NCBI GenBank assembly: GCA_036785375.1
Contig: JAWMAR010000463.1
Location: forward strand, 744,001-808,000
Reading direction: 5' to 3'
Length of the DNA: 64,000 bases
Origin: Leucoraja ocellata
Lineage: Eukaryota
Both the position numbers and the translations under genes were made by a program. The notes under the pieces are model-generated. The model was not told where the DNA came from. It did not search any database and saw only the letters and a list, made by a program, of their open reading frames with translations. Shown here one piece after another: positions 39,481 through 52,584 of this stretch; position 1 is the first letter of the stretch, and the number at the start of each line of letters is the position of its first letter.

Positions 39481-39634
39481 CTTTCTCCTGGAAAGATGGA
39501 CTGAGGAATTCTGTTCTGTCCCTTTAAATGATCTGGAGAAAGCAGCTGTCGAGTTGTGTGTTTAGGCAAAACTCGCTTGTCCTTTTGAACTTGGTGAGCA
39601 CCAAACCGTTGTTCCTGTATTCATCCTCATTTGT
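39481..39634 (-). CDS. SFI1: Probable SFI1 exon with a disrupted frame
   Basis: ccattttgattttag|ACA...AAAG|GTAAAC, 154 nt, phase 0 to 1 exactly as the flanking exons require. There is an in-frame TAA at 39526-39524. Another frame gives RQLLSPDHL, reminiscent of human HLLLPGDF. Confidence 0.45.
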
Positions 39635-39839
39635 CTAAAATCAAAATGGGTATAAACAGTTAAATACATTTATTTTCTGTCTCCTGTGATGGTGGCTGGT
39701 AGATTAGGGATCCAGTTTGACAGATTCACACCCCCCCAGTCAGTAACAACAGCACTTTTAATTGCCTTTTGTTTTAAGATGTTACGGTAATGTAATAAAT
39801 ATACCAGCTAATTCGAGAAATTTAAAAGGTGTGAAAAAT

Positions 39840-40500
39840 GGGGCTTTGGTGAGTTTCAAGGGAGTGTGGGAACTGCAGCTCCTGAATGTTAAAGGGAACG
39901 AGAGAACCAGAGCTCTGGTATGTGAAAGGGAGTGTGTGATTCAGGGTCCCTGCATGGTCAAGGGAGCGTGGGAACCAGGGTGAGGAGAAGTGTTTGAAGG
40001 AGTGAGGGAACCAGGGTTTTTAAAGGGAATGTAGGATCCAGGGCCAGACTACTGAAGGGAGTATGCAAACCAAGGCCATGGTGTGTTAAAGGGAGTGTAG
40101 GAATCAGGTCCCAGTATACTGAAGGAAGCTTGGGGACGGGCCTATAGTGTGTTGAAGGAATTGTTGGAACCAGGGCCCAGTGTATTGTAGGAAGTGTGGG
40201 AACCAGGGCCACAGTGTGTTGAAGGCAGCATAGGATCCAGGGCGACAGGTTAAAATGTATCGTGGGATTCAGGGGACCAGTGTGTTAAAGGGAGAGTGGG
40301 ATCAAGAGCCCCGTGTGTTAAGGGAATGTGGAATCAGGGGCTCAGTATGTTAAAGGGAGTGTGGGAACCACAACTTCTGTATGTTAAAGGAAGCATGGAA
40401 TGAGAGGGCTGGTGTATTAATGAAAACTTGGGAACTTGGACCACAGTGTGTTGAAGTGAATGTGGGGTCTAGGACCCTGGTGTGTTAAAGGGAGTGCAGG
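39840..40500. repeat. Degenerate minisatellite, unit roughly 30-37 bp (gtgtgttaaagggagtgtgggaaccagggcc)
   Basis: Many diverged tandem copies visible by eye. Confidence 0.85.
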
Positions 40501-41289
40501 AGTGAGCATATAGTGAGGCAAATGCCAAACATCAGAATGTCTTAACAACTGGATAGCAGATTAATAAAATGTTATAGTATTGAGAATTGATAATAATTTA
40601 TCTGTTTTGAGACAGATAAAATGCAATGTGCAAGAGAGAAGGAAGCATATGTTAATAAGCTCAAGTATTGCTGCACATGTGGTTTACTAGCAAAATAAAT
40701 ACAATTACATTTTTTTTACTGATGCACTATCAGATATCATGTTTCCCACAGATTTTCTCACTTCCCATTTTAAAGCAATGTTCTTATCCTACGGAAGGGC
40801 AACTCTGTGTGTTCCAAGCCAGCCCTTAAATCATCACCACCCAGCCCTTTCAGCCTTAATATTTTCAGCTGGAGAGTGGAATGGGAAGAAAGCCTCTGCA
40901 AATCAGCAGGCCCCCATCACAGACTTTGTGAGGGCAAGTGACAAGTTTGAGAGGGAGCAGATGGCCCAGACCGCCTAGCTCTGGCTGGCTCAACAGTTCA
41001 CTGTAAATGGAAAACTTCACATTTCCATCGCATTATTGGCATCTTAAGCTCAGCCAAACCTGAAACTCAGCTAAACCTCCCATATACCTGCGTTTTGAAT
41101 TAGTTTTTGTCACTAAGCTACTCTGAACACAGTTTACGTATTACCAAGACCCAAGGACACGGCAATCAAGTTCTAGAGTAATGATGGAGGCACAGATTTC
41201 TGGGTTATGTCGCTATTTACAAGCATGAATGATCGACTATAAGGGCATTTCAATAATTGAGCCATGGTGAAGAGGGTGTGCTTGAGTAT

Positions 41290-41636
41290 TCGAGCAATGT
41301 ACAATGAGGACTCGCCAAGGACTGCTCTCACCCCAACCATGGACTGTTTACCCTCCTACCATCCGGGACGCGCTACAGGTCTCTCCGTTGCCGAACCAGC
41401 AGGTCGAGGAACAGCTTCTTTCCGGCCGCTGTCACTCTACTAAACAACGTACCTCGGTGACTGCCAATCACACCCCCCCCCCCCCCCCCCCCCCCGGACA
41501 CTTATTATTATTATTATTTTTTTTAATTCAAATCGTTTGCTATGTTGCTCTTCAAGGGAGATGCTAAATGCATTTTGTTGTCTCTGTACTGTACACTGAC
41601 AATGACAATTAAAATTGAATCTGAATCTGAATCTGA
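41290..41636 (+). mobile_element. Rex1/L2-like LINE 3' end with (GAATCT)n tail
   Basis: HGLFTLLPSGTRYRSLRCRTSRSRNSFFPAAV-type C-terminus, followed by gacaattaaaattgaatctgaatctgaatctga. Confidence 0.75.
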
Positions 41637-42283
41637 GATTCTGGTGAAGTTCATTCAGTGATGAGGTTTAAAGCTCATCCTTTCGTACTTAAGGTTATGC
41701 CCAAACTACCTTTGGCAAATAGAATCAACATCTGAGGTAAAAATATAATGTTGGGTGTGTGATAACTTGCCTTCAGTCCTGTTGCTACTTAACGGAAGGA
41801 GATTTTAACTGATCTACCTTTCAAGATTGGGTGGCAAGACAGGTGTAGAATCAAGCAGAGTATAGACAGAAAGAGCTGAATATGAGGAAGCTAATTTCAT
41901 GCATGTTACCACCTCTCGAGTACAAGTTATTGGATTTAACACATTTACTACACCCTGTTGCAGATGATTATTTTTCAAAATATGGGAGACTATTTTACAT
42001 TCCTTATACGATACGATATAACTTCATATAAAAGACAAGTAATTCAACCAATAGGCAAAGACAATAGCTTTTCGAATGACACAACAGCTTTTGCACTGCA
42101 GTAGATATCAAACCATTTTTGAGCCATTATAATCTGTGAAGAGCGCAGCAGAGGATATGCAGGCATTTAGAATGGAAACCAAGCAAAGGCAACCTGGTGT
42201 TAGGCAGTGTGCAAGGATCAGAATCAACATCCTCAGAACAAGCGAGATTAGCAGGAGAGTGCAGCAGAATAATAGTGGCTTAC

Positions 42284-42608
42284 ATTCCCTCTCTCCTTCC
42301 CCAGTGACAAGAATGCTGAAGGGGGTAGAAGCACATCCTTTCGCACTGGCTGCTCCTGCAGAGTGTCCATGGTGGGCCATGAGGGAACAAAGTGGGTAAA
42401 GGGTAAGGTCATCTGTGACTGCACAGCCTGTAAAGTTGCTGCTTGTGGTTGCCAGGTAACATGGTCAACAGTATCCTTCATAGAATTGTTCCTTTGGCTT
42501 GTGTGAGTCCTTACTTCATGAACTTTGGACTGTGTTGGAGTCTCCACTTTGTCTTCTGATAGAGAGGTTAGAGTTGACAATGATGAGCCCAGAATCAAAG
42601 CATTGCCA
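42284..42608 (-). CDS. SFI1: SFI1 exon (…KDVLLPPSAFLSLGKERGN)
   Basis: tcttgattacag|T...AAT|GTAAGC, 325 nt open. LLPPSAF resembles human LLLPPSSF. The phase-2 start fits the 47874 donor. Confidence 0.85.
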
Positions 42609-44019
42609 CTGTAATCAAGATGAGGATAAATCAGAAGCAGAAAAAAACGTCAGATGCTGAAAATTATTAAATAAAAACAGAAAACTGCAGAAACAGTCAG
42701 CAGAACCGGAAATACCAGTGGAGAGTAAAAAAGTAATCACCAAAAAGTTGTTCTGTGAAAACTGGAATGGTATACAATTCTCTCCACAATTGCAGCAAAT
42801 TCTTAGCAGCATTGCCTGAATTTGTAAACCTTACCCAAATCAACATTCGTCCAGATTTGTTGGACCCCAACCCACCTCTGCTGGAGCTCTAACCTACCAC
42901 TGGTCCATACCCGCTGGATCCCGACCCCCTATCAGGTCTGCCTTGATAAAAGAACCTGTTCTCGTTTTTTCTCTCTCCGTGTGCTTACTAATTTCAGCAG
43001 GGTGTCTGTCTTTTCTCTCCTCTAATGAAATTTATCTAGCAAATATTTTTGTGTAGGAAGGAACTGCAGACCACATTTTAACCCAGAGTCAATCCTCTGC
43101 TTTGATCTGTGTTATTACACCATACCCCTTCATATCTCGACTCCCTCTCCCCTGAAGTCTCAACCTGAAACGTCACCTGCTCTCCAGAGATGCTGCATGT
43201 TCCACCACTAAGTTACTCCAGTATTTTGTGTCTAGCAAATATTTTTATTTTCCTTTTTTACTCTAAGATTTCATACATAATGCCTCACATGCTGCTCTCT
43301 CCAGACTTTGAACTGTTTTTATTCTTTGACAGGGTGAATGTTTGTATTCCTTGTATTGCTCCCTCAGTATAGTTTCATTTAGTTTATTAATATCACGTGT
43401 GCCGGGTGCAGTGAAAAGCTTTTTGTAGCGTGCAATCAGTGAAAATATTACGCGATTACAATCAAGCTGGTTTTATGTTCTGCGGTTACTTTCTTGTTAC
43501 TTTTGCATTCTACTTCCCCTTTCCTTATCATCTATTTTGGTCATGCTATGCTGAATTCTAAAATGTTCCCAATCCACAAGCTTCTTGAAACAGAATAAGC
43601 TTTATCCCTTGATCAAATACCATCTTTACCTCGTGAGCCACAGCTGGAGCATTTTTCCAGTTTTTTTTTTGTCTTGGATTTGTATTTATTGTAAACTATA
43701 CATTAATTCTTTAAATGTTAGTAATTCTTTATTTCCTGCCACAATTTTTCATGCAGTTGTCCAACCTACCATAGTCATCTTGAAAAAAAAATTAAACTCG
43801 CCACATCCTCATTTATAAACGTAAAATAGTGGTTCCAGCAAGAAAATGGATGCTGTGCAGGTTTGTGCTCAGACTCTGCTGTGATATTCTGCATGGTCAG
43901 CTCAAGTTGCTAGCGGCCATTAGTGGGTATAGGCTATCCCTCTGGACAGGCGTGCCGGGGGAGGGGGGGGGGGGGGGGGAAGGGCTGCTAATGTTGTACC
44001 ATTATTTATGAAGGGCAGT

Positions 44020-44760
44020 AAGGACAAGCCAGGGAATTACAGGCAGGTGAGCCTGACATTGGAGGAGATTCTTTGGGACAGGTTCTACCAGCATTTGGAA
44101 AGACACGGACTGATTAGGGACAGTCAGCATGGCTTCGTATGTGGGAACTCGTCTCACAAATCTCATACAATTTTTTGAAGAGGACACCAAGAGATGATGA
44201 AAGCAGAGCAGTGGATGTTATCTACATGGACTTCAACAAAGCCTTTGACAAGATTCCTCATGGTAGGCTAGACTAGAAGGTTAGATCGTATGGAATCCAA
44301 GGTGAGCTAGCCACTTAGATTCAAAATTGGTTTGGAGGAAGAAGCCAAAGTGTGGTTATGAAAGATTGATTTTCTGATTTACGATGATGAGATGCAGGTA
44401 CTGGATGCCCTGCTATTTGTTATATACATTAATTATTCGGATAACAGTGTTGTTAAAACTGTTAGTAATTTTGCAGATGACAAACAAAATTTGTGGTATC
44501 GTAAACAGTGAGGAAGGATATCTAAGTTTACAACAAGATCTAGATCAGCTGGGAAGGTGAGCCAAGGAATGGCAAATGGAATTTATCTCTGACAAGTACG
44601 AGGTGTTGCACTTTGGAATGTCAAACCAGGACAGAACTTCTACAGTAGGTGGTAGAGCTCTGGAGAGTATTGCAGAGGAGATCTGGGAGTACACATGAAT
44701 ACAAAGTGAAAAAAGAGCATGGGCTTAAAAGTAGAGGGATGATTAAATTTGCTGATGATA
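44020..44760 (+). mobile_element. Degenerate CR1 reverse transcriptase fragment
   Basis: PGNYRQVSLT, SQHGF, VDVIYMDFNKAFDKIPH and FADD motifs, with stops. Confidence 0.85.
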
Positions 44761-44789
44761 CCTAAATTAGTAAATGAGGTTAAGAGTGA

Positions 44790-45450
44790 GGAATTCCGTG
44801 CATTCAGTGCTCCCAACGTGTAATATCAAGTGTACATTCTGTGACCATTTCACTGAGGACGCACTTTGTCTGCCAAGGCCTGCTGGATCTCAGGTTGCCA
44901 ACCATTTTAATTCCCTTTCCCATTGCGACCTTTCTGCTCTTGGCCTCCATTGCCAGAGTGAGGCCACACATAAACAGAGAGCAACATCTCATATTCTGCT
45001 TGGGTAGCTCACAACCCAAGTATAAACATTGAATTCTCCAATTTTAAGTAATACCCCTCTTTCCGTGCTCCCTCCCAACCCAGTGCACACCCATTTCTCC
45101 CACAATCCTCACTGTTCCTTTCCCTTGCTGTGTGAACTTATCTCCCATCCCTGTCCCACATTTCTCTTTTCTCTCTGCTCTTTCCTCTCCCACTGTCCCC
45201 TTCCACGTACCCCTCCCTTACCCAACGCCTTTTTGACTTATTTTCATCTCTTACCTTTGTCACTTCCACAACCCATCTGCCAATCATACACCCTCCTGTA
45301 TCCCCCATCACTTGCCAGGTTTTGTCCTGCCCCAACTACCTTTTCCAGCTGTCTCCCCCCTACTGCAATCAATCTGAAGAAGGGTCCCAATTTGAACCAT
45401 CATCTGTCCATTCCCTGCTGCCTGACCTGCTGAGTTCCTCCAACTATGTT
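44790..45450 (+). mobile_element. Degenerate Penelope-like 3' fragment
   Basis: VANHFNS and EQHLIFCLGS motifs, a pyrimidine-rich spacer, then a ctgaagaagggtccc terminal. Confidence 0.75.
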
Positions 45451-47387
45451 TTGACAGTGATGATGATGAGTCTCGACTGCAGAAAAACATAAGTGAAGGT
45501 GGCTACTGTGGTAGTGAATAGAATTTCTTTGAGAGAAACATGTGAGGTAATACATATTTGGAGAGTAAACAAGACAATAGAATATGTAATAAATTAAAGG
45601 ATACAAGGAAGCAGAATATTAAAATGCATGTCCATTGATCGAGGAGTGAACTAGTCTCCACAAGACCTCATCCCTTCAAAATGCTGAAAAGGAGGTGAGG
45701 GGAAGGATTTATTGTTATCATCTTGCTGGAGGAGTCATCATTAACAGAGATTACAAAGAAGACAATATGGTGAAAGACGAGGACAAAGGAAGTAAGAGGG
45801 CAGGAAGTGGTATAGTGTGAGAGGAAGTCCTGCTAGAATTGCATTAAACAGTATTTGTCATAGTACAGAAGGATGGTTGTAACACCACAAGAGGGGTGGA
45901 GAAAAGATTGCCAGGACTAGTGAATTTAAAGTTATCAGAGACTGAGTAGGCTCAGATTGTTTTATTTGCACAGGACACAGAGAGAACATATAATTAAGGA
46001 TAAAATTGAGAGGCGACGACAAAGTAACTGACTTTCCCTTAGAGTGAATGATAATTAGAAAAATTAGATTTACGTTAATTAATTGAAGAATTAGAGCAGA
46101 GGTGAGGGAAAAACAATTTCAAAGAATGGTAAATATAAATGCTCATCTTGGCAGGTGGCATCTTGCTCGACATAGATGAGTTGGGCCACACGGCTTGTTT
46201 CCATGCCGTATGACTATTGCATTGTGCTGTTTGCTGCACATTTCACTTTCAGTGGTGCTGATGCTAGATTGGGAAAGGTAAGGGGAAATTTGTGAGTGAA
46301 TGAGAAAAGAGAAAGGGGAGAGGAAAAAAGGGCAAACAGGATAGAGGACAAGAAATGCTATACAGAAGTTAAATGGTACACCACCTAATATCATGAAATG
46401 TTCATTTCCAGGATGGATTTGGGGATGGATCACATTTTAGAATTTTGTCAGTGTCCTGTGTTGGCAAGAACTACTTAATAATGAGAAAGAGAATACAAGG
46501 TAAAGTAGCTTTTGAAATCGGGATTAAAGCCTGGTTATCTGGCACTTTCCGGCATTCATTTCCTGAATTACTGTTCCCAATAATACAAAGAACCGTCAAA
46601 GACAAGGAGTGTGACTGGAGATCTTGAGCACTCCTTCACAATTCTTGTGACAAGTACAAAAAGAAGAAATTAACATTGGTTTTAACCATGTATAAATACA
46701 GATACTTCTATTCTAACACATCTTTTCAATAACACAAATGTGATTGAAGAATTAATGAAACACTTGTATTACACGGGCTGACATTGGTTATAACACGATT
46801 TTGATCAGGAACCGGAGAACCACTTAAAAGTTACTTTGCAAATTGACAAGAAGAAAAAAAAGATGTCTGGAAAAAAAAGTCAAGGGGAAAAAAAACATCT
46901 CCAAGTACCTATTGCATCTGAGAAATTAAAAATCACTGTCAGTTTCGCCTCAGGTGGCTATTGAAAATGACAAGCAGTTACCTCTATTGATACTTGTGCG
47001 ATGATTCACTTATTAAACAATTTATCATACAGCCTTTGGTATTTTTAGCATGCAAAAATGAAAATAAACATAGCTATTATAAAGAACTTTATTTCTGAAA
47101 ATCTGGATGAAATATAACTTTGTTATTGTGAGGCTGAAGCTCTTTAGCCACTAGCCCCTTTTTGGACATTGACAATTGTTTTTATAATGCGATTTTCTAC
47201 AGCACGTTTTTTTCCGAATGCAATTATTGCATTATCGCAGAACTGACCGCACTGCTTAGACAACAGGAGTGTCAAGATCTAGATGAAGGCAATAATTATC
47301 ATATTTGCTAAAAAAAAAAAAGCAAAGTCTATGGGTCAAATCTGAAATAAAATGGACACAACAAAATAAGAGAGGGAACACAACAGT

Positions 47388-47525
47388 TTGTTTAAGAAGG
47401 AACTGCAGATGCTGGAGAATCGAAGGTACACAAAAAAGCTGGAGAAACTCAGCGGGTGCAGCAGCATCTATGGAGCGAAGGAAATAGGCAACGTTTCGGG
47501 CCGAAACCCTTCTTCAGACTGATCG
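47388..47525 (-). mobile_element. Young solo Penelope terminal repeat
   Basis: Near-identical to 1352-1485: tttaagaaggaactgcagatgctgga...cccttcttcagactgat. Confidence 0.8.
47490..47517 (-). ncRNA. Minimal hammerhead ribozyme-like core
   Basis: CUGAAGA-A-GGGU-UUCG-GCCC-GAAACGUU, sense in the SFI1 pre-mRNA. Confidence 0.55.
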
Positions 47526-47873
47526 GGGTTGGCTTGATTGTGTTCATGTATTATCTGATTTGATTGGGTAGTATGTGAAACAAAGCTTTTCACTGTACAT
47601 GTGACAATAATAAACCTAAATGTACTAAAGCATCAGCAAAAATGCAACAATAGGTAAGGGTCAGAATAAGGATATGAAAGGGAATAAGAATATCGAGGGA
47701 GAACAAAATGGAATGATGGAAAATACATTGTAAGATCATGGAATATTTTTTCTCAAAGTGAGTGCAGCTTAGACAGAAAGTCACTGCTCATGTTTAGTTC
47801 TTGAATTAGTGACGACCTCTTATCATGGAACAATTAACAATACTGGGCAGTATTTAACAATAGATAGACATAC

Positions 47874-47969
47874 CCATTGTTGCCTCTGTCCAGTAGCTCT
47901 TTCTTTTCAGGTGGTTTAAGCAGGAACTTTGGTTTTCTTGGTTGTAATCTCACCTGACGTGCAAGGTAT
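47874..47969 (-). CDS. SFI1: SFI1 exon (YLARQVRLQPRKPKFLLKPPEKKELLDRGNN)
   Basis: tcaatag|A...GG|GTATGT, 96 nt. Resembles human ARKQPRRPHFLLEP. Confidence 0.9.
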
Positions 47970-49828
47970 CTATTGATACATTGAAGGACTGAATTAATCT
48001 TCAAAAGATGGATGCCAAAGTCTTTCCTAAAAATCATTTGCAATTAACTTCCCTCTTACTTTATTCACATAATTCTGCTGTGGAGCTTCAGTTGGTGCTC
48101 ACAGCCTATTCCAAGCATTCATTACCATTGAAGAACTTGTAATAATACATTTAATTCTAGAATTATGTGCCAACAGTTCTCGCACCACACTGTCCACTCC
48201 GCAATGTGCTGCCAACAGCCCTTATCTTTAATCTCTGAACCTTGGCAGAGCAATGGTACATGAAACAAAGTTGTGTTTCTTTTTTCTTTTAATTTGAAAG
48301 AGACAGCATTCTCTTACAAGTCCCGAAAACCAATTTAAACATGCCTCTTTAGGTGCACCAAGTAAACATGCAGTATGTCCAATATGACCTGTATTATGTG
48401 CTGACAGAAACATTTTAATACAGTTAGCTTATTTGCAAAATTACATTGTTGCCCTGGAGGCCTATCTAATTAACATTAAACTTTCATTGAAGTGTTGATA
48501 ATTTTGCTCTTCAAAATAAACTCTGTTCATAATCTAAGCATTGTAAGAGCAGAGAAAATTAATTAAGCCCATCCAAAACAATCTCTCTCAACAGGTCCCT
48601 AAATTCATTTATTCTCCAAAAACATTAGTCATAATTTGAATCCATTCTGCAGCATACACGATCCTGTGCATCTCATTCTCAACATGAGAATGATCCATTT
48701 TGGGCCAATTATCTGAAATATTTAAGTTACTCCAGACAGGTCCTCACACGTAGAAATGTATCAATATCAAAACATGCGGTCTGTTTGCAGTCCTTTCCTA
48801 TGCTTTTCATATAGTTGAGAACAGACAAGCTTCTCAAATAATCTAAAGCAATAATACTGCTGGAAAATTATGGCTTAATAATGATTAGTATCAAATAGCT
48901 CTGGGCTCAACTTAAGGGCATAAATAAGTCAAATTTATATTATCATGAGCTGATGGAAGTTCAATTGTTATTTCAGCTCTTGTCCAAGGGTCTGATTTCC
49001 CCCTAATTGGAGTGTTCCTGAAATGTCATCTTAAAGTCGGTGATGTTAGCGTTCTAAAATAGCAGCTTAAACTGGACCATATACAATCCCACACTGGTAA
49101 CTCTTTCACGAACGATCAATTTGCCAACCATTTCTAAGGAAGAGTCCCTGGGACATACAGTGGCACCAATATAAATTAAGCATCACGCTACATCACTCAC
49201 TAACATTTCACTGCACTAACATATCACCTTCACCTCCAGATTATTAGAACAAAGATTCAATCCAGGAAGAACTTGAAATGGCACTCGGTGAGGCAGCATA
49301 GCATGCACTCTTTGCACCACTAAATTTTCACTAGTCAATGCAGCAGTAGATTACTGCAGCGTTAAACTAGGCAGACTGAACGTGGATTTTGTTGATTGGT
49401 TATGTAAGAAAAGACCAGGACTCAACTGCTGACGAAGACTGAACAGCTCCTTTTATTCATGCACCTATGAAATCAGCTCATCCTGAGCAGGGTTTTATCA
49501 AAGAATACTTCCTGAATTTTAGGAATTACCTTCATGGGTATTTTCTGCATCACTTGTGGGTGCGAGTAAGCATGCATCATTTGTAAATGTATATAGACTT
49601 CAAATTTAGTTATGTAAACAGGCTGTTGGTCAGCAACCAATGTATTTCCATCAGCTTAGTTAGGGTTGCTTTTATTTATCATTTTTACAGAAAGGATTCG
49701 CTCTGAAGTTTTGCAGACATTGTGAAATTGACACTGGGGAAAATGAGGTAATCTCTTCATATATTATGTACATATTTTTTTAGTTAATGACTTTGTAGCA
49801 AAGGTGAAAGGGTAAAAAGTTCACTTAC

Positions 49829-50118
49829 AAATTGGCGAAGTCCATATCACTACCAGGCAGCACTGCTGAAAAGTTAAGACATTGGACTGGATCTGTTGCG
49901 GGTTTTGCAATCATTTTCTGAGATGCACTATTCAAGATCCCAGTCTTTGTACTGGCATCTTTCTCTTTGCAAACATCAGTAACTGGAAACTTGAAAGCCA
50001 CATTTTTTTTTCGTGTCACAGCAGCAGACCTCTGTTTCAGCTTCTCACTTTTGCAGAGCACTCTTTGCTTCCAAATCATTGCACAGCGATAGACAACCTG
50101 GTGAAGGCTATAAGCAGT
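49829..50118 (-). CDS. SFI1: SFI1 exon (TAYSLHQVVYRCAMIWKQRVL...KKNVAFKFP...FANL)
   Basis: ctatctcctcag|ACT...TT|GTAAGT, 290 nt. Resembles human [21 protein letters not shown]...RKVTFEGP. Confidence 0.93.
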
Positions 50119-50829
50119 CTGAGGAGATAGGTTTGGAGTTCAATGAATGCTAAATTAAAAACAAAATATCATGACTAATAGATTGCTCAATATACAGAGT
50201 TTTTGCAATCAATTTTACTTTGTGGGCATCAGTAAGGGCCAGCACTTCTTGCCATGCCGAACCCCCTTGAAGTGGTTGTCAGCCACCTTCTTGAACTAAT
50301 GTACTCCCTCTCGAGAAAGTACTCTAACATTGTTTTGTGACAATTTCAGAACATCGACCCATCAACAACCAAAGAAACAATTATACATTTGCAAATCTCC
50401 TTCCTGATCGATTGTGGTCAATTTCAGCAGACTTTAAGCTGCTTATCTTTTCTTTGCTGCACTGGAGTGTCAGTTCAAAAGTTGATGTTCCACAGTACTT
50501 GCTGTACCTTCCATCAATGCATGTAAAAAAGTCCCATGTCATCTCCAATGCTCTACTTAATGTTTGTCATTCAACTAACATTGTTTCTTTCTTAAACATG
50601 GCTTCCCTTCTACTTATTTGACAGTCCTCAATTGTATCTCAGCCATTTACTGCACCTTCTCTCTCCTCCCAGATAGAGCAAGGATGTTCTCCTGATCCTC
50701 TCTCTCCACCCCATCAGGTTCAAGTTTATTGTCACATGCGTGAGTACGGTAAGCACAGATATAATGAAACTATCCTTTGCAATTTCTATCTCCTTCAATG
50801 AAATTCCATTACAATTAGTCTTTGGTGAC

Positions 50830-51280
50830 AATCCTTTCAGCATTCTTAGGAGTCATTCTCTCTACAACTCCCTGGTTTGTTCTTCTATCTCCACAGGCCA
50901 TTCCCATTCTCTCAGCACTGTCCCATATAATCAGAGGAGATGCAACACCTGATCGTTTACCTAAACAGTCCTTTCAGGTGTATCACTGATTCACTTGCGT
51001 TTCTTACAATCTAGCAGACTACATTTGGTCCTCATGGTATTGTCTCTGCATTGGGGAAGCTAAAAGCAGATTGGCTGACCATTTTGCAGACTGTCTATGT
51101 TCTGTCCATGAAGGTGATCCTGAACATAAAGTTGCCTGACACTTTCAATTTCCACCCCAGTCTGATGTTCTACATGTGCCTTTTTACATAACCTTGAGGA
51201 TCAGCATCCTATTTTCTGTCTGGGCATCACACAACATTAAAGACTCTGTATCAAATTCAACAATTTCAGATAACTTATTT
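50830..51280 (+). mobile_element. Old Penelope-like fragment
   Basis: ctctacaactccctggtttgttc, tgcattggggaagctaaaagcagattgg (IGEAKSRL) and cagcatcctattttc remnants. Confidence 0.6.
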
Positions 51281-51780
51281 TTTTGTCTGTACTAGAACTG
51301 GCTGCTTCTGCTTTAATGTTATCCATGTGCAAGGTTAACGCAGTTGCTTTCTCTCCACAGACACTGGGTAATTCTAATATTTCTTTTTTGCTTTACACTC
51401 TCTGCAACAGTTGCTTTTCATAGTTTTACAAGTCACTTTGTTTGTTTTATTCCCTAACTGTCTTTGGACAGTTCCATAAACAATGATCACCACATTAGAT
51501 ACTTCCTTTGACCTGTCCATTCCTCCCCTTTGCTCTCACCAACTTAAAACTAGCTTGCTTTTCACTTCCCAGTTCCAATAAAGGGATTTGACCTGAAACA
51601 TTTGCTCTTTCGCTTTACACAGATGCTGCCTGCCCTGCTAAGGGTTTCCAAATAATTATATGTTTTTATCACTACAAATAGATGTTCTGCTCCTTAGAGC
51701 ACTGTTGCTTGTGAGTGCAACGGTTCAGTGAGATGCACTGATGACAACATCAAATGTGACAGCCTGTTTCAATCTCTTAC

Positions 51781-51957
51781 CTTCACTTGATGCTCAGCAG
51801 CAATTTGGTTGCGAAACTGCATCATGTCAGAGCTATACTGAAGAACTGCAGCAACTCCCATTCGTAAAAGTTGGCCCCGATAGTTGTCCGCTGCTTTTGC
51901 AATGCGTAACTTTTTTCTTTGCTGTTCCTGCGCGTGCATTAGCCAAGCATCAAATAC
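51781..51957 (-). CDS. SFI1: SFI1 exon (VFDAWLMHAQEQQRKKLRIAKAADNYRGQLLRMGVAAVLQYSSDMMQFRNQIAAEHQVK)
   Basis: ttctatttcag|GTA...AAG|GTAAGA, 177 nt. Sfi1-repeat-like FxxW. Resembles human RRKKARL...YQGQLLQEG...QQVQ. Confidence 0.95.
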
Positions 51958-52584
51958 CTGAAATAGAAATGAGCTAAAGACTTAACTACAGGAAATGTAC
52001 AACTTCAGTTTCCTAATTCCAATGAGGAAACAGACTCTGTAAAATACAAGAGTTGATGCAGATAATATCACTGCCACCCGTATATTTGATAATTAGTAAT
52101 AAGATTGTCACAAGAAAAGAAACATTAATAGCACACATGACTGCAACCCTAACAAACTGAAATGTTCATTTCATCCACCACCAGGCCACTGGATCTGCAG
52201 TGTGTGCCATTTCCAAAATGTACAGCAGTTACTCTCCTTGCAGTTACTCCAACAACACCCCCCCCCCCCCCAAACTCCTATCACCAAAAAAAAAGTGCAC
52301 ATTAGTCCAACTTGGAAATAGTTCACCATTCTTTCATCATCCATAGTGGGCCAAGTCCTGTAATTCATTGACCATTACCCTTATAGAATAAAAATTGCAG
52401 AATTTAGAAAGGCCCTGCACCAGAATTATTGCATATTAGCATATATATTGATATAACATATATATCTTAAATATATATTTTATACATCTGTTCGGTTCCA
52501 TAGTACATTCATTAAACTTCATTTGATAGTGATTAACAGTCTTATGTTTAATTTCAATTGTATTTGATGTTAATTCGATGCCTT

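Noticed and set aside
39840-40500. Periodic repeats superficially like a CRISPR array
   Set aside because: Eukaryotic intron, degenerate units with no unique spacers, and no cas genes.
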